Below the pieces are notes generated by a model. That model was not told the origin of the DNA. It saw nothing but the letters and a program-made list of their open reading frames with translations, and did no database searches. The position numbers and the translations under genes were made by a program. Shown here in pieces: positions 16,173 through 24,730 of a DNA stretch of 28,777 nucleotides (position 1 is its first letter; each line of letters opens with the position of its first letter). This DNA is from a virus (taxonomy: Duplodnaviria > Caudoviricetes). Where the stretch lies: IMG/VR virus record IMGVR_UViG_3300032239_001293, positions 1 to 28,777 of that record; one strand, 5' to 3'.

Positions 16173-17719
16173 CAATCACACCCCCATCCTTTGTGCCTGT
16201 ATCGGTTGATTACACTAGCCGAGATTATTACTCCATACGTGATGAGATGATTGCTCGTGTACAGGACCGTCTCCCTGAATGGACAGCTACTAATCCTGCA
16301 GATTTTGGTCTTGCTCTTGTAGAAGCGTTTGCTTACATGGGTGATTTAATGTCTTTTTATATTGACAGATTAGCCAACGAAGCTTACCTATCTACTGCAA
16401 CACAGAGAGACAGTGTTTTTAACCTTGCAAGAACTTATGGGTACACACCTTCTGGATATAAATCTTCAACCGTGTCTGTAAAATTTACAAATTCTTCTAA
16501 TGGAGATATCACTATTCCTGCGGGAACAGTGGTTTATGGAGATATTGTTACAGGAACAAATAATGACATTGTTCAACAAGTTTATTTTACAACTTCAGTT
16601 TCCGGAGTAGCTCCTGCTAATAATCATGTGTACCTAACAGCGACACAGGGTCAGCCAGTTAGTTTAGTGTCAAAAGACGCAAATGCTTACGGTGAATATT
16701 TAGGTTCTTCTGACGGAAATCCTAATCAAGTATTTGCACTTGGTCAATCGCCAGTGGTAAGCAAATCAATAACTGTCTATATTAAAGACGGAACAGTGTA
16801 TTCAAAGTGGAAAGAAGTTGACCACATTTTAGATAGCGGTCTTAGTGACCAAGTATTTACTACATTTACAGATGTTGATAACAATGTGTACATTCAATTT
16901 GGTAACGGTATTTCTGGATTAATCCCTGTAAACCTTAAAGAGATAAGAGCTCTTTACACTGTTGGCGGTGGTGAATTAGGAAATATTAACAGTGGAACAA
17001 TAACAAACATTGAATATGTTCCCGGGTTAAATACTAATCAATATGCTGCATTCGTTACTAACATCAGCGTTATAAACGAAAAAACAGCAACTGGAGGAGC
17101 TGACCCAGACAGCATTGAAGTTGTTAGGTATCTAGCTCCGTTGTATTTAAGAGCTAACAGTCGTGCTGTAACTTTGTCAGATTTTAATAGTCTTGCATTG
17201 GGTTCTGGAGCAGGAAAAGCGAATGCAATTTCTGGAAATACTTGGACTTCTGTTACGCTTTATATTGCACCTAAAGCTTCTGTTTCAGCTAATGATTTAG
17301 CTCCAGGATATGACCAAGATGGAGCAACAACTGCTGATTTTGCAACTTTGTCTACAAATGTAACAAATTATATTACTCCAAATTTATTAATTGGAACTTC
17401 GCTTACTGTACAACCACCAACTTATGTTGATGTAGTTCTTGCTGTTCAGTACCAAGCAAGACCACAGTACACGCACTTAGAAGTTGAAGCAGAAATAAAA
17501 GCAGCATTACTTAAAGATTATGGTTATTCCAATACCAGTTTTGCTCAAGTAATTTATCAACAAGATATTGAATACACTTTAAACGGATTAAAGTCTGTTA
17601 AAATTGCAAAAGTAACAGTTCTTCATCGTCAAGGTGACTCAGGAGTTGTAACTCTTACCGGAGGAGCTGGAGAACTTTTCCGCCTTCAAGAAGCAAACAT
17701 AAGTCTTGGTTCTATGTAA
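16169..17719 (+). CDS. Baseplate J / gp6-like wedge protein
   Basis: VDYTSRDY..IR, PEWT...ADFGLALVEAFAYMGD, NEAYL.TA..R, IQFGNG, GGADP, RAVTLSDF. Confidence 0.93.
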   Translation: MTITPPSFVPVSVDYTSRDYYSIRDEMIARVQDRLPEWTATNPADFGLALVEAFAYMGDLMSFYIDRLANEAYLSTATQRDSVFNLARTYGYTPSGYKSSTVSVKFTNSSNGDITIPAGTVVYGDIVTGTNNDIVQQVYFTTSVSGVAPANNHVYLTATQGQPVSLVSKDANAYGEYLGSSDGNPNQVFALGQSPVVSKSITVYIKDGTVYSKWKEVDHILDSGLSDQVFTTFTDVDNNVYIQFGNGISGLIPVNLKEIRALYTVGGGELGNINSGTITNIEYVPGLNTNQYAAFVTNISVINEKTATGGADPDSIEVVRYLAPLYLRANSRAVTLSDFNSLALGSGAGKANAISGNTWTSVTLYIAPKASVSANDLAPGYDQDGATTADFATLSTNVTNYITPNLLIGTSLTVQPPTYVDVVLAVQYQARPQYTHLEVEAEIKAALLKDYGYSNTSFAQVIYQQDIEYTLNGLKSVKIAKVTVLHRQGDSGVVTLTGGAGELFRLQEANISLGSM

Positions 17720-18222
17720 TGACTGACAAAGTAAAAACATTAAATGGTGTTTACAAAGGAACGGTAGTAGATATCAATGACCCACAAAAACAAAATCGCA
17801 TAAAAGTAAGTTTGCAATTTTTTAATACCCCTTTAGGGTCAACGCAAAAACCTTTAAGTACTGATTGGATTCTTCCTGTTAGTTCTCCAGGTATAAATCT
17901 TCCTGCTCCTGCTATTGGGCAAGGAGTTTGGGTGATGTTTCAGGCTGGAGACCCAAGTCATCCTGTTTGGATTGGGTCGTTTGGAACATGGCAAGCTCCA
18001 AGTAAAAAAATGTTGATTAAACCGTTATTAAATAGCGTTTCTTTGTCTGGAATAACAGACCAAATTATAATTGTGACAAATCAAGATGGAACGCAGGAAG
18101 TTGATTTGGTAGCTACTTTACTTGCTATGGCAGCTAAAATAAAAAGTCACGAAACCAGAATAACGTCATTAGAAGCACAGATAGTGACTAAAGCAAACAT
18201 CGGTCATACACACACAGTTTAA
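17719..18222 (+). CDS. Baseplate spike protein (gp5/gpV OB-fold) with a C-terminal HxH motif
   Basis: GVYKGTVVDINDP....RIKV, P.IGQGVWVMFQAGDPSHPVWIG; ends GHTHTV. Confidence 0.88.
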   Translation: MTDKVKTLNGVYKGTVVDINDPQKQNRIKVSLQFFNTPLGSTQKPLSTDWILPVSSPGINLPAPAIGQGVWVMFQAGDPSHPVWIGSFGTWQAPSKKMLIKPLLNSVSLSGITDQIIIVTNQDGTQEVDLVATLLAMAAKIKSHETRITSLEAQIVTKANIGHTHTV

Positions 18223-18282
18223 GCAGTAATTACCTAATAAACCCGAGAAAATATACTGCAGAATTTTTGAAAGGACACTACA

Positions 18283-18672
18283 GTGGCAAATATATCTCCA
18301 ACCTATCCAGCCGCACTAATTTCTTTTGGTACGGACGTCGTTGATTTTTCTGACACAGTCCTTGCTACACACATCAATACTTTGCGAGCAGAAGTCTCTT
18401 CAATAGAAGCAGTGGTTGGAGTTAGTCCAAAGTTAAGTTCAGGTTGGGTTGGCACTTTTACACAGCCCTCAATTAGCTATACATGGAACACAGTAAAAGA
18501 CCGAATTAATAACATTGAGTATGGTCTTGCTACTGTGTATTCAGCTATTATTCCAACAGGTGGAACAGCAAATCAAGTTCTAGTTAAAAATTCTAATACA
18601 AACTATGACATGTCATGGGCTGCTGCATCTACTGGAGAAACATTTAATCCACTTCTACTTATCGGAGCTTAA
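18283..18672 (+). CDS. Small tail-fibre-associated structural protein
   Basis: GAAAGGA RBS and GTG start; IPTGGTANQVLVKNSNTNYDMSW fibre-type motif; ends FNPLLLIGA. Confidence 0.65.
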   Translation: MANISPTYPAALISFGTDVVDFSDTVLATHINTLRAEVSSIEAVVGVSPKLSSGWVGTFTQPSISYTWNTVKDRINNIEYGLATVYSAIIPTGGTANQVLVKNSNTNYDMSWAAASTGETFNPLLLIGA

Positions 18673-18675
18673 CAC

Positions 18676-20685
18676 GTGTCAAAGTACGGCAACGTAATTT
18701 ATGGGGGCGCCAGATACGGCGACACCCCAAAACTTGCATACTCTGTAGAGCCTATGTCTATAGCAGTAATTAATTTTGGCGAAGTGTATGTCTATTGGTA
18801 CAACCCAACTGGAGAATTTAGTAGATTTAGAGTTGTTAGAAATCAAAATGGTTTTCCAGAAACAGCTGAAGATGGATTTATTGCTTATGAAATTTCTAGT
18901 GTTAACGGTTCTAATCTTGCTGGAACTTTAGAAAAAACTATTTTATTAGACGGGGAAGAAAACTCAGGACAAGATAACTACATCCCAATTACACCCGGGC
19001 ATAATGTTTACTACAAAGTATTTTTGTACAATTCTCAAGGAGTGTGGGTTAAAGCGGGAGAAATTTACGATGTTGTTCCTAAAGATACTGATGTAACAGC
19101 AAGACTTATAAACCTTTTGCCACGAACTTTAGTAAGTGATGTATTAAGTCCATTTGGAGTGGTTCCACAAAAAACAGATGCAAAAGAAGACAAAACACAA
19201 ATATATCAATTTTTAGACGGCATATCTTTTACTTATGAACAGTTATTAACGCAAATTAGTTTGTTAAGACCTTTTCATAACGTAGACCCAGCAAACTACT
19301 TAACAATTCCAGCAGAAATGTTTAGTGTTGGCATGGAGCCTGAACTAAACTTACCTGTAGTAAACCAACGTCGCCTTATCCGTGATGCAATTCGTCTTTA
19401 CTCTAAAAAAGGAACTGCGTTAGGAATTAAAAATTATTCTCAAGCACTTACAGGATTTTTAACTAACATAATTGTTTCACCCAACATGTTGCTTTCAGTA
19501 CAAGACTCTACGTTTTATAAGTCAACAGGTAATTGGGTTGCAACAAATGCCACCATTACTTCTACCAATACCTTATTGCCAAATACAAGTGTGGAAAATT
19601 GTATTGACCAAGTTTACACCTTAAAAATTGATGCTTCATCTGCCGGTTATATAACACTTGGGTATGACAACCCATTGGGACTAGGGATACCCATCACATC
19701 TGGTAACCAGTACACCTATTCTTTACAGGTTAAGTCTCCAACAAGTGCTGGTTCTGTAACTCCTTCTGTTGCATTTTTTGACAAAAATAATACTCAAACT
19801 TACACAGTTAATGGGTCGGATGTTTCTGCTGTGAATTCATGGAAATCTGTTACACAAACAGTAGACGCAAGTACTTCTAATATCGGAACAGCTAATTACG
19901 CAGCTTTAAAACTTTCTTGGTCTGCTGCCGGAATTTACTACGTGGATATGGTGTCTTTTCAAGAAGGAACTGACGCAACGTATGATGAAGCACGATTAAC
20001 AAACATAATTTTGCGACCATCAAAAACAAATTACATTCAAAATCCTTCATTTGAAGTTGACGATTCAACTTGGAGTAAAACAAACCTTACTTTTGCTCAA
20101 GACACCGAACAAAAACCTGCAGAAGGATTTCCAGGGAGTGCTAGCGGTAAATTTACAGCTACTGGTACTACTTGGGAATTATCAAACACATCTCTAATAC
20201 CCGTAACAAGGGGAGATTACTTTAATGTGTCTATGTACTCATACTCAGAAACTATTTTTAGTATGACTATGACCGTTGAACTTTTTGATAGTGATGGAAA
20301 CTTTTTATATTCCTTCTCTAAAAACCACGAAGTCGGACCTACTTGGATGCGTCACTATGTAAGCGGTCTTACTGACGCTAACATTTATGTAGACCACGCC
20401 CATATAAAGTTTTCAGGAACTTCAAATATTGGAGACGTTATCTATATTGACATGGTACAAGCTCAGAACACGTTTACTCCAACTGATTACTTTGATGGTT
20501 CAATGCCTTCTTCAGTAGGAGTAATTTGGGAGGGTGCTGCTCACTCCTCTAACAGCCTATACTATCCAGGAAAAAACACCAAGGTACTAAGACTTGCTCA
20601 AACGCTTCCGGATTGGATGCCTATGAATGCTTGGTGGAGAATTTCTACTCCTGCAGGATTGGAATACCACAACTTAGATGTGTAA
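18676..20685 (+). CDS. Baseplate/tail protein (P2 gpI/gp7-like segment) with carbohydrate-binding-like beta domains; possible receptor binding
   Basis: RRLIRDAIRLYSKKGT..GI; two CBM4/9-like repeats (NYIQNPSFE, YTYSLQVK, YVDMV / YIDMV), YFDGS. Confidence 0.7.
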   Translation: MSKYGNVIYGGARYGDTPKLAYSVEPMSIAVINFGEVYVYWYNPTGEFSRFRVVRNQNGFPETAEDGFIAYEISSVNGSNLAGTLEKTILLDGEENSGQDNYIPITPGHNVYYKVFLYNSQGVWVKAGEIYDVVPKDTDVTARLINLLPRTLVSDVLSPFGVVPQKTDAKEDKTQIYQFLDGISFTYEQLLTQISLLRPFHNVDPANYLTIPAEMFSVGMEPELNLPVVNQRRLIRDAIRLYSKKGTALGIKNYSQALTGFLTNIIVSPNMLLSVQDSTFYKSTGNWVATNATITSTNTLLPNTSVENCIDQVYTLKIDASSAGYITLGYDNPLGLGIPITSGNQYTYSLQVKSPTSAGSVTPSVAFFDKNNTQTYTVNGSDVSAVNSWKSVTQTVDASTSNIGTANYAALKLSWSAAGIYYVDMVSFQEGTDATYDEARLTNIILRPSKTNYIQNPSFEVDDSTWSKTNLTFAQDTEQKPAEGFPGSASGKFTATGTTWELSNTSLIPVTRGDYFNVSMYSYSETIFSMTMTVELFDSDGNFLYSFSKNHEVGPTWMRHYVSGLTDANIYVDHAHIKFSGTSNIGDVIYIDMVQAQNTFTPTDYFDGSMPSSVGVIWEGAAHSSNSLYYPGKNTKVLRLAQTLPDWMPMNAWWRISTPAGLEYHNLDV

Positions 20686-20688
20686 GAT
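20683..20688 (+). promoter_or_regulatory. Candidate -10 element (TAAGAT) for a leaderless transcript
   Basis: TAAGAT is 6 nt before the ATG at 20695, with no SD; marks the structural-to-replication boundary. Confidence 0.4.
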
Positions 20689-20694
20689 GGTCGC

Positions 20695-20973
20695 ATGGTT
20701 GACCTACTACTATCTGTACTACTTTCCGGAATAGCAGTCACATTCGCAATTGAATTCTTTTCTCTTGTATTGGTCTGGTTCTTTGATAAAGAAAGAATTT
20801 ATTCCGTATTAGCATTGCCTTTAAGTTTTGGCGCACTAACTTGTATGTATGAAATTGACAGAGTGTTTATCGTTTCTGTCCCAGCAACTGCGTTTTTTGT
20901 ATTACTTTTTAACAAAATTGTAAACAAACCAGTTGTTATCAATGCCCCTAAAAGAAACTTACCGAGGTTGTAA
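20695..20973 (+). CDS. Small membrane protein with about 3 TM segments (holin-like topology)
   Basis: Three hydrophobic segments and a basic C-terminal tail. Confidence 0.7.
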   Translation: MVDLLLSVLLSGIAVTFAIEFFSLVLVWFFDKERIYSVLALPLSFGALTCMYEIDRVFIVSVPATAFFVLLFNKIVNKPVVINAPKRNLPRL

Positions 20974-21566
20974 TGAAGATTGCAATCTTTTCAGATGAAA
21001 ACATTGACGTATCACAAGGCATTGATGAGTTGATTACTAAATATTCCGAGAACTCGCCCGAGGTGATTTTTCCTGTAAAAATAAACCAAGATGAGTTTTC
21101 TCAGTCGGTAATCAGAAAGTGTTTAGAAAACAAGGTTAAGGTAACTGCTTACTTTAAAAACGCTGCTGGTCTAGACCACCTATTAAAACAAGCCGATGAC
21201 ATAGTCATCTGCGACGACCCCATCCAAGAGGTACTCCGACAGCTTAACCCAAAGTCTGCTGTAGGCATCGTGTGGACGGACAGCCTTAATGACCACATGA
21301 TTCTGCACACCCTAGAAGACTTTGCTTTAGATGTGTGGGATATTACGGAGGGTTTGGACCCAGTAGAGATTGATGATGACCCGTTTTTTAGTATGGAGCC
21401 AGATGACCTTCATGATGCCATTCACAAGACTGTTGGGGTTTTGGTAGACATGTTTGCCGCTTACATAGCAACTACAGTTATGGACTCTCTTGGAGAGGCT
21501 GTTTTAGAGAACATTTTGCGACAACAACGAAAAGACATTAAACCATTTGATGATTTGGAAGAATAG
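20973..21566 (+). CDS. Hypothetical acidic protein
   Basis: 197-aa ORF coupled by TAATG; no motif recognised. Confidence 0.75.
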   Translation: MKIAIFSDENIDVSQGIDELITKYSENSPEVIFPVKINQDEFSQSVIRKCLENKVKVTAYFKNAAGLDHLLKQADDIVICDDPIQEVLRQLNPKSAVGIVWTDSLNDHMILHTLEDFALDVWDITEGLDPVEIDDDPFFSMEPDDLHDAIHKTVGVLVDMFAAYIATTVMDSLGEAVLENILRQQRKDIKPFDDLEE

Positions 21567-21569
21567 CTT

Positions 21570-22538
21570 ATGTTGCCACCTGAGGCCTATACAGCTGATA
21601 TTACCGATTTCCAGTTCCGACTCTTAGCCATATTATGCCGTTTAGCGGGCCCTGGAGGGCTCTTACAGGCTTCAGTAGCCGAACTCTGTGCAGAGAGTGG
21701 CAAGTCCAGTGACAAGACGGTCCGTAGCGCCCTTAAAGGCTTAGAGAAGGCTGGGCTTATAGCCACGGAAGCCACTAAGCGTGCCAACGGATACCAAGGA
21801 AAAAAGATTATCTTGGTAAAAAATTACCGGCATGTGGATAACGAAAAGGTAAAAAATTACCGCACCTCACCTGACTATGTGACTACTAGTCGTATTAACC
21901 ATCCTAGCTATAAGCCATTAGTACCTAATAGCCAAGATAGTTATAAATTAAAAGAATCTGAAACCGTAGGTTTCACAAAGGAGATTAAGGTTCCTATGAG
22001 AAAATGGGAAGATGATGGAGACTCTTTGGCAGGCTTTGGACTCGTTGAGCCCAAAGATGCGCCGCAACCAACGGTTAGAAAATCTGACCCCAAAACCAGA
22101 GGCAAACGACCTGAGCACGAATGGACAGCGATGGACGTTGCTGCAGAGTTTAGTTACCAAGTGGGCCGCAAATACCCGCTACTTCCAGGAACTGTATCCG
22201 TCAAACAATTATCGGGTGCGCTTAGAAAGTTCAGAACACAGTACGGAACCACCCCACTCGTAGAGCTTGAACTTCTTCGCCTTTTTATGGGCGATGAACG
22301 TAACTTTAAAAACATTGGGGATGAAGCTCCTCTTTTGTACAAAAAGTACCTTGCTTCTTTTGGCACCAAGATGAATCAAGCTCGTGAGAATTTGGGTCTT
22401 AACAAGGTGACTGCTAAAGTAAAAACAACCTCGGCTTCTGATAGGCTCGTGGCAAGTGATGGTCGCACCTTCCAGAACTCACTCTCTGGTCGTGCACAAC
22501 TAGAGCGTCATGAAAAACGATTGAAGGAGGCAAAATGA
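21570..22538 (+). CDS. Replication initiator-like protein with an N-terminal winged HTH
   Basis: FRLLAIL...SVAELCAESGKSSDKTVRSALKGLEKAGLI; internal repeat region; upstream of DnaC/DnaB-like genes. Confidence 0.75.
   Translation: MLPPEAYTADITDFQFRLLAILCRLAGPGGLLQASVAELCAESGKSSDKTVRSALKGLEKAGLIATEATKRANGYQGKKIILVKNYRHVDNEKVKNYRTSPDYVTTSRINHPSYKPLVPNSQDSYKLKESETVGFTKEIKVPMRKWEDDGDSLAGFGLVEPKDAPQPTVRKSDPKTRGKRPEHEWTAMDVAAEFSYQVGRKYPLLPGTVSVKQLSGALRKFRTQYGTTPLVELELLRLFMGDERNFKNIGDEAPLLYKKYLASFGTKMNQARENLGLNKVTAKVKTTSASDRLVASDGRTFQNSLSGRAQLERHEKRLKEAK
21815..21861. promoter_or_regulatory. Putative replication origin: two GGTAA-AAAA-TTACC palindromes flanking a DnaA box
   Basis: GGTAAAAAATTACC at 21815-21828 and 21848-21861; TGTGGATAA (reverse complement of TTATCCACA) at 21833-21841. 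Confidence 0.6.
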
Positions 22539-22630
22539 AACAAGTACTGGGATATGCACTTGTAATCATCGGCACACTTACTGGAACAAATCTAATCCTG
22601 GGAGGATTTAAAAAGTGGCAAAAAAAGTAA
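22535..22630 (+). CDS. 31-aa single-TM microprotein
   Basis: AAGGAGG RBS and ATGA overlap; MKQVLGYALVIIGTLTGTNLILGGFKKWQKK*. Confidence 0.65.
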   Translation: MKQVLGYALVIIGTLTGTNLILGGFKKWQKK

Positions 22631-22923
22631 CAAAGAAGTTCACAGCAACACTCACACTAAACACCGAACAAGGTGGCGCATGGTTGGCTAATGTCAGCCT
22701 CCTTACTCCAGCAGTTGATAGTGGTAATCCAAATTCAATGCAACCAGCAGATGCTGTAAGTGCAGAAGCAGCTTGGAAAAATGCATCAGCAGGTAAGCGT
22801 TGGATTAAGTCAAAGGTTCTAGAAATGACTCCTCGCAAGAGCGTAAAAATGGAACCAACTACAATTGATAAAACAACAGAGAAACCAACAGCTTTTGTTG
22901 GAGTATTGGAGTTCAAAGCATGA
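22615..22923 (+). CDS. Hypothetical protein
   Basis: GGAGGA RBS, GTG start, 102 aa. Confidence 0.8.
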   Translation: MAKKVTKKFTATLTLNTEQGGAWLANVSLLTPAVDSGNPNSMQPADAVSAEAAWKNASAGKRWIKSKVLEMTPRKSVKMEPTTIDKTTEKPTAFVGVLEFKA

Positions 22924-23042
22924 GCACAGACAACTTAATGCAAGATGCAGACTTTCTAGAGTACCTAGAAGAAAATTCTGTTCCTGAAGAAGAGACACAG
23001 ATTGCCTTTGCTGAATGGCTTAAGGAAAACGAAGCCAAGTAG
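22920..23042 (+). CDS. 40-aa acidic microprotein
   Basis: ATGA overlap and GGAG RBS; MSTDNLMQDADFLEYLEENSVPEEETQIAFAEWLKENEAK*. Confidence 0.65.
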   Translation: MSTDNLMQDADFLEYLEENSVPEEETQIAFAEWLKENEAK

Positions 23043-23168
23043 TTGACTGAAGAAGAACTAGAACAAGCCCTAATGTATTTATTTAAGTTAGGGCTTGTTT
23101 CAGTTGAGTATGATGAAACTTTAGAAGCACGGTTTAAATTAACGGACGAGGGAACTAAAGATGTATGA
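23043..23168 (+). CDS. 41-aa microprotein (wHTH-wing-like)
   Basis: TTG start; (M)TEEELEQALMYLFKLGLVSVEYDETLEARFKLTDEGTKDV*; fills the gap and overlaps the next start. Confidence 0.55.
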   Translation: MTEEELEQALMYLFKLGLVSVEYDETLEARFKLTDEGTKDV

Positions 23169-23883
23169 CATCAACACATTGTCACCGCTTAAAAAGCATT
23201 GGCTATTACGAACTTCAAATATCCCTAGAAGATTTATAGGTTTAGAACCAGAAGATATTATTAAAAAAGTTGGGTCTTTCCCCGATGAGATTTCTAACTG
23301 GTTAGACGATGTTTCAGAAGGCCACGTTATTCAGAGCATTGGCAACATTGGTACCAACGGTGTGGGTCTTGTTTTTGACGGGGGTCCGGGACTGGGTAAA
23401 ACAACCCACGCTGTTGTTGCCGCTATGGAAGTTGTGAGAAATCTTTCGGAAGATGCAGTTAAATCTGCGTCCGTAATGCATGCTAAACAAACAGAGTTTG
23501 GCCTTGGTTTTCGCCCTATTTATTACATGACCTATCCAGAGTTTCTTGCTAGAAAAAAGTCAACCTTTGATATGGAAGGTACTGACAAACGGGAGATGGT
23601 TTATGAACTAGATGGGTTTCATGGTCGTTGCCGTTTTGATTGGTTAAACGTTCGTCTACTTATACTTGACGATTTAGGTAAAGAATACGGTTCCAAATAT
23701 GACGACACTTCTTTTGACGAGATTCTTCGGTTACGATATGACAAAGGTTTACCCACAATTGTTACTACAAACGTTAGGTTAGAGAACTGGGAAGCACATT
23801 ACAGTGAAGCTATGGCGAGTTTCGCTAACGAAGCGTTCATTAGAGTTCCTATACTAGGGTCAGATTTAAGAGGTGCTCAATGA
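23161..23883 (+). CDS. DnaC/IstB-like AAA+ ATPase (helicase loader)
   Basis: IPRRF, Walker A GGPGLGKT, Walker B LLILDDLGKE, RYDKGLPTIVTTN. Confidence 0.9.
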   Translation: MYDINTLSPLKKHWLLRTSNIPRRFIGLEPEDIIKKVGSFPDEISNWLDDVSEGHVIQSIGNIGTNGVGLVFDGGPGLGKTTHAVVAAMEVVRNLSEDAVKSASVMHAKQTEFGLGFRPIYYMTYPEFLARKKSTFDMEGTDKREMVYELDGFHGRCRFDWLNVRLLILDDLGKEYGSKYDDTSFDEILRLRYDKGLPTIVTTNVRLENWEAHYSEAMASFANEAFIRVPILGSDLRGAQ

Positions 23884-24182
23884 AAGGACCTGAAGTGACA
23901 GAGTGGATGACCGTTCAACAGTTTATTTCTGCTCAAGGAATTGGCATTTTTGAGGTTGAGTTGGATACAGAAACACGCCTTACCCGTTGCAACTGTCCAG
24001 TATTTATAAAGAAAGCTGTTTGTAAACATTCTTCTTTTGTTGACCAAAAAATTAAAAAGACCGGTCATTATTCAATTAACGTCCCGGTAGGTGTTCCAGA
24101 AGAATGGGCAATTGAAGCAAGCGAAACTCCAGACAAATTTAGAGATTTTGTCGTCAATTACGCAACGATAGAAGTCCTATGA
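23880..24182 (+). CDS. SWIM zinc-finger protein
   Basis: CNCPVF....VCKH (CxC...CxH). Confidence 0.8.
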   Translation: MKGPEVTEWMTVQQFISAQGIGIFEVELDTETRLTRCNCPVFIKKAVCKHSSFVDQKIKKTGHYSINVPVGVPEEWAIEASETPDKFRDFVVNYATIEVL

Positions 24183-24595
24183 AAGGCGGAGACATTTCAA
24201 ACGTCTCCTCACCACAGGTAATTGTTACAGCCACACTTCTTTTGAGCTTAGAAACTGAAGACGAGAAACGTCTTTTGTCCAAAAAGAAGATTACACGAAT
24301 AGGTAATATTGATTTACTTGTAGCTAACAAGCTGTGGATGATGGGCAATTCTTACGGAGTTTCTTTAGAACTTGCCGGATTTGAAGATGAGGGTTGGACA
24401 GAAGAACTGCTTGACAAAGCTTTTGAAAAGCTTGAGCGTCGGGCCGTTAACCCCTTTAACTATTGGCAACTATACGAAAACCCACACGAAATTGTGGGCG
24501 GGTTACCGTATCGTGCTAATCTACGGGCAGTAATAGATGTACCTGGCAGAGTTGCTATGTACGGTTCAGCAGGAGTACAGCTAAATAACATCTAG
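24179..24595 (+). CDS. Hypothetical protein
   Basis: 138-aa ORF with ATGA coupling. Confidence 0.75.
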   Translation: MKGGDISNVSSPQVIVTATLLLSLETEDEKRLLSKKKITRIGNIDLLVANKLWMMGNSYGVSLELAGFEDEGWTEELLDKAFEKLERRAVNPFNYWQLYENPHEIVGGLPYRANLRAVIDVPGRVAMYGSAGVQLNNI

Positions 24596-24613
24596 TCCTT
24601 GAGGGAGGGTTCA

Positions 24614-24730
24614 ATGTTTAGTGTTGCAAATACAAATTGTCCAATGTGTCATTCTCACGTTGTTGAAAGAATCTATGTAAACGGAAATTCATATTTACAG
24701 TGCCAATCATGCGGAGAACGGTGGAAGTAA
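24614..24730 (+). CDS. 38-aa zinc-ribbon microprotein (TFIIS-like ribbon)
   Basis: GGGAGG RBS; MFSVANTNCPMCHSHVVERIYVNGNSYLQCQSCGERWK*. Confidence 0.75.
   Translation: MFSVANTNCPMCHSHVVERIYVNGNSYLQCQSCGERWK

Noticed and set aside
6773-20685. Stand-alone bacterial eCIS or tailocin locus
   Set aside because: It is flanked by neck/head-closure-like genes and a phage replication module, with no Afp15-like ATPase, toxin cargo or host genes
22920-23168. TAG readthrough or amber recoding joining two in-frame ORFs at 23040-23042
   Set aside because: TAG ends several other genes normally (1175, 2421, 3337, 4025) and long genes are not interrupted; a coupled TTG restart is simpler, though local readthrough is not excluded
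23161-23883. IS21 element (IstB-like ATPase)
   Set aside because: There is no IstA transposase or terminal repeat; context with the initiator and DnaB indicates a helicase loader
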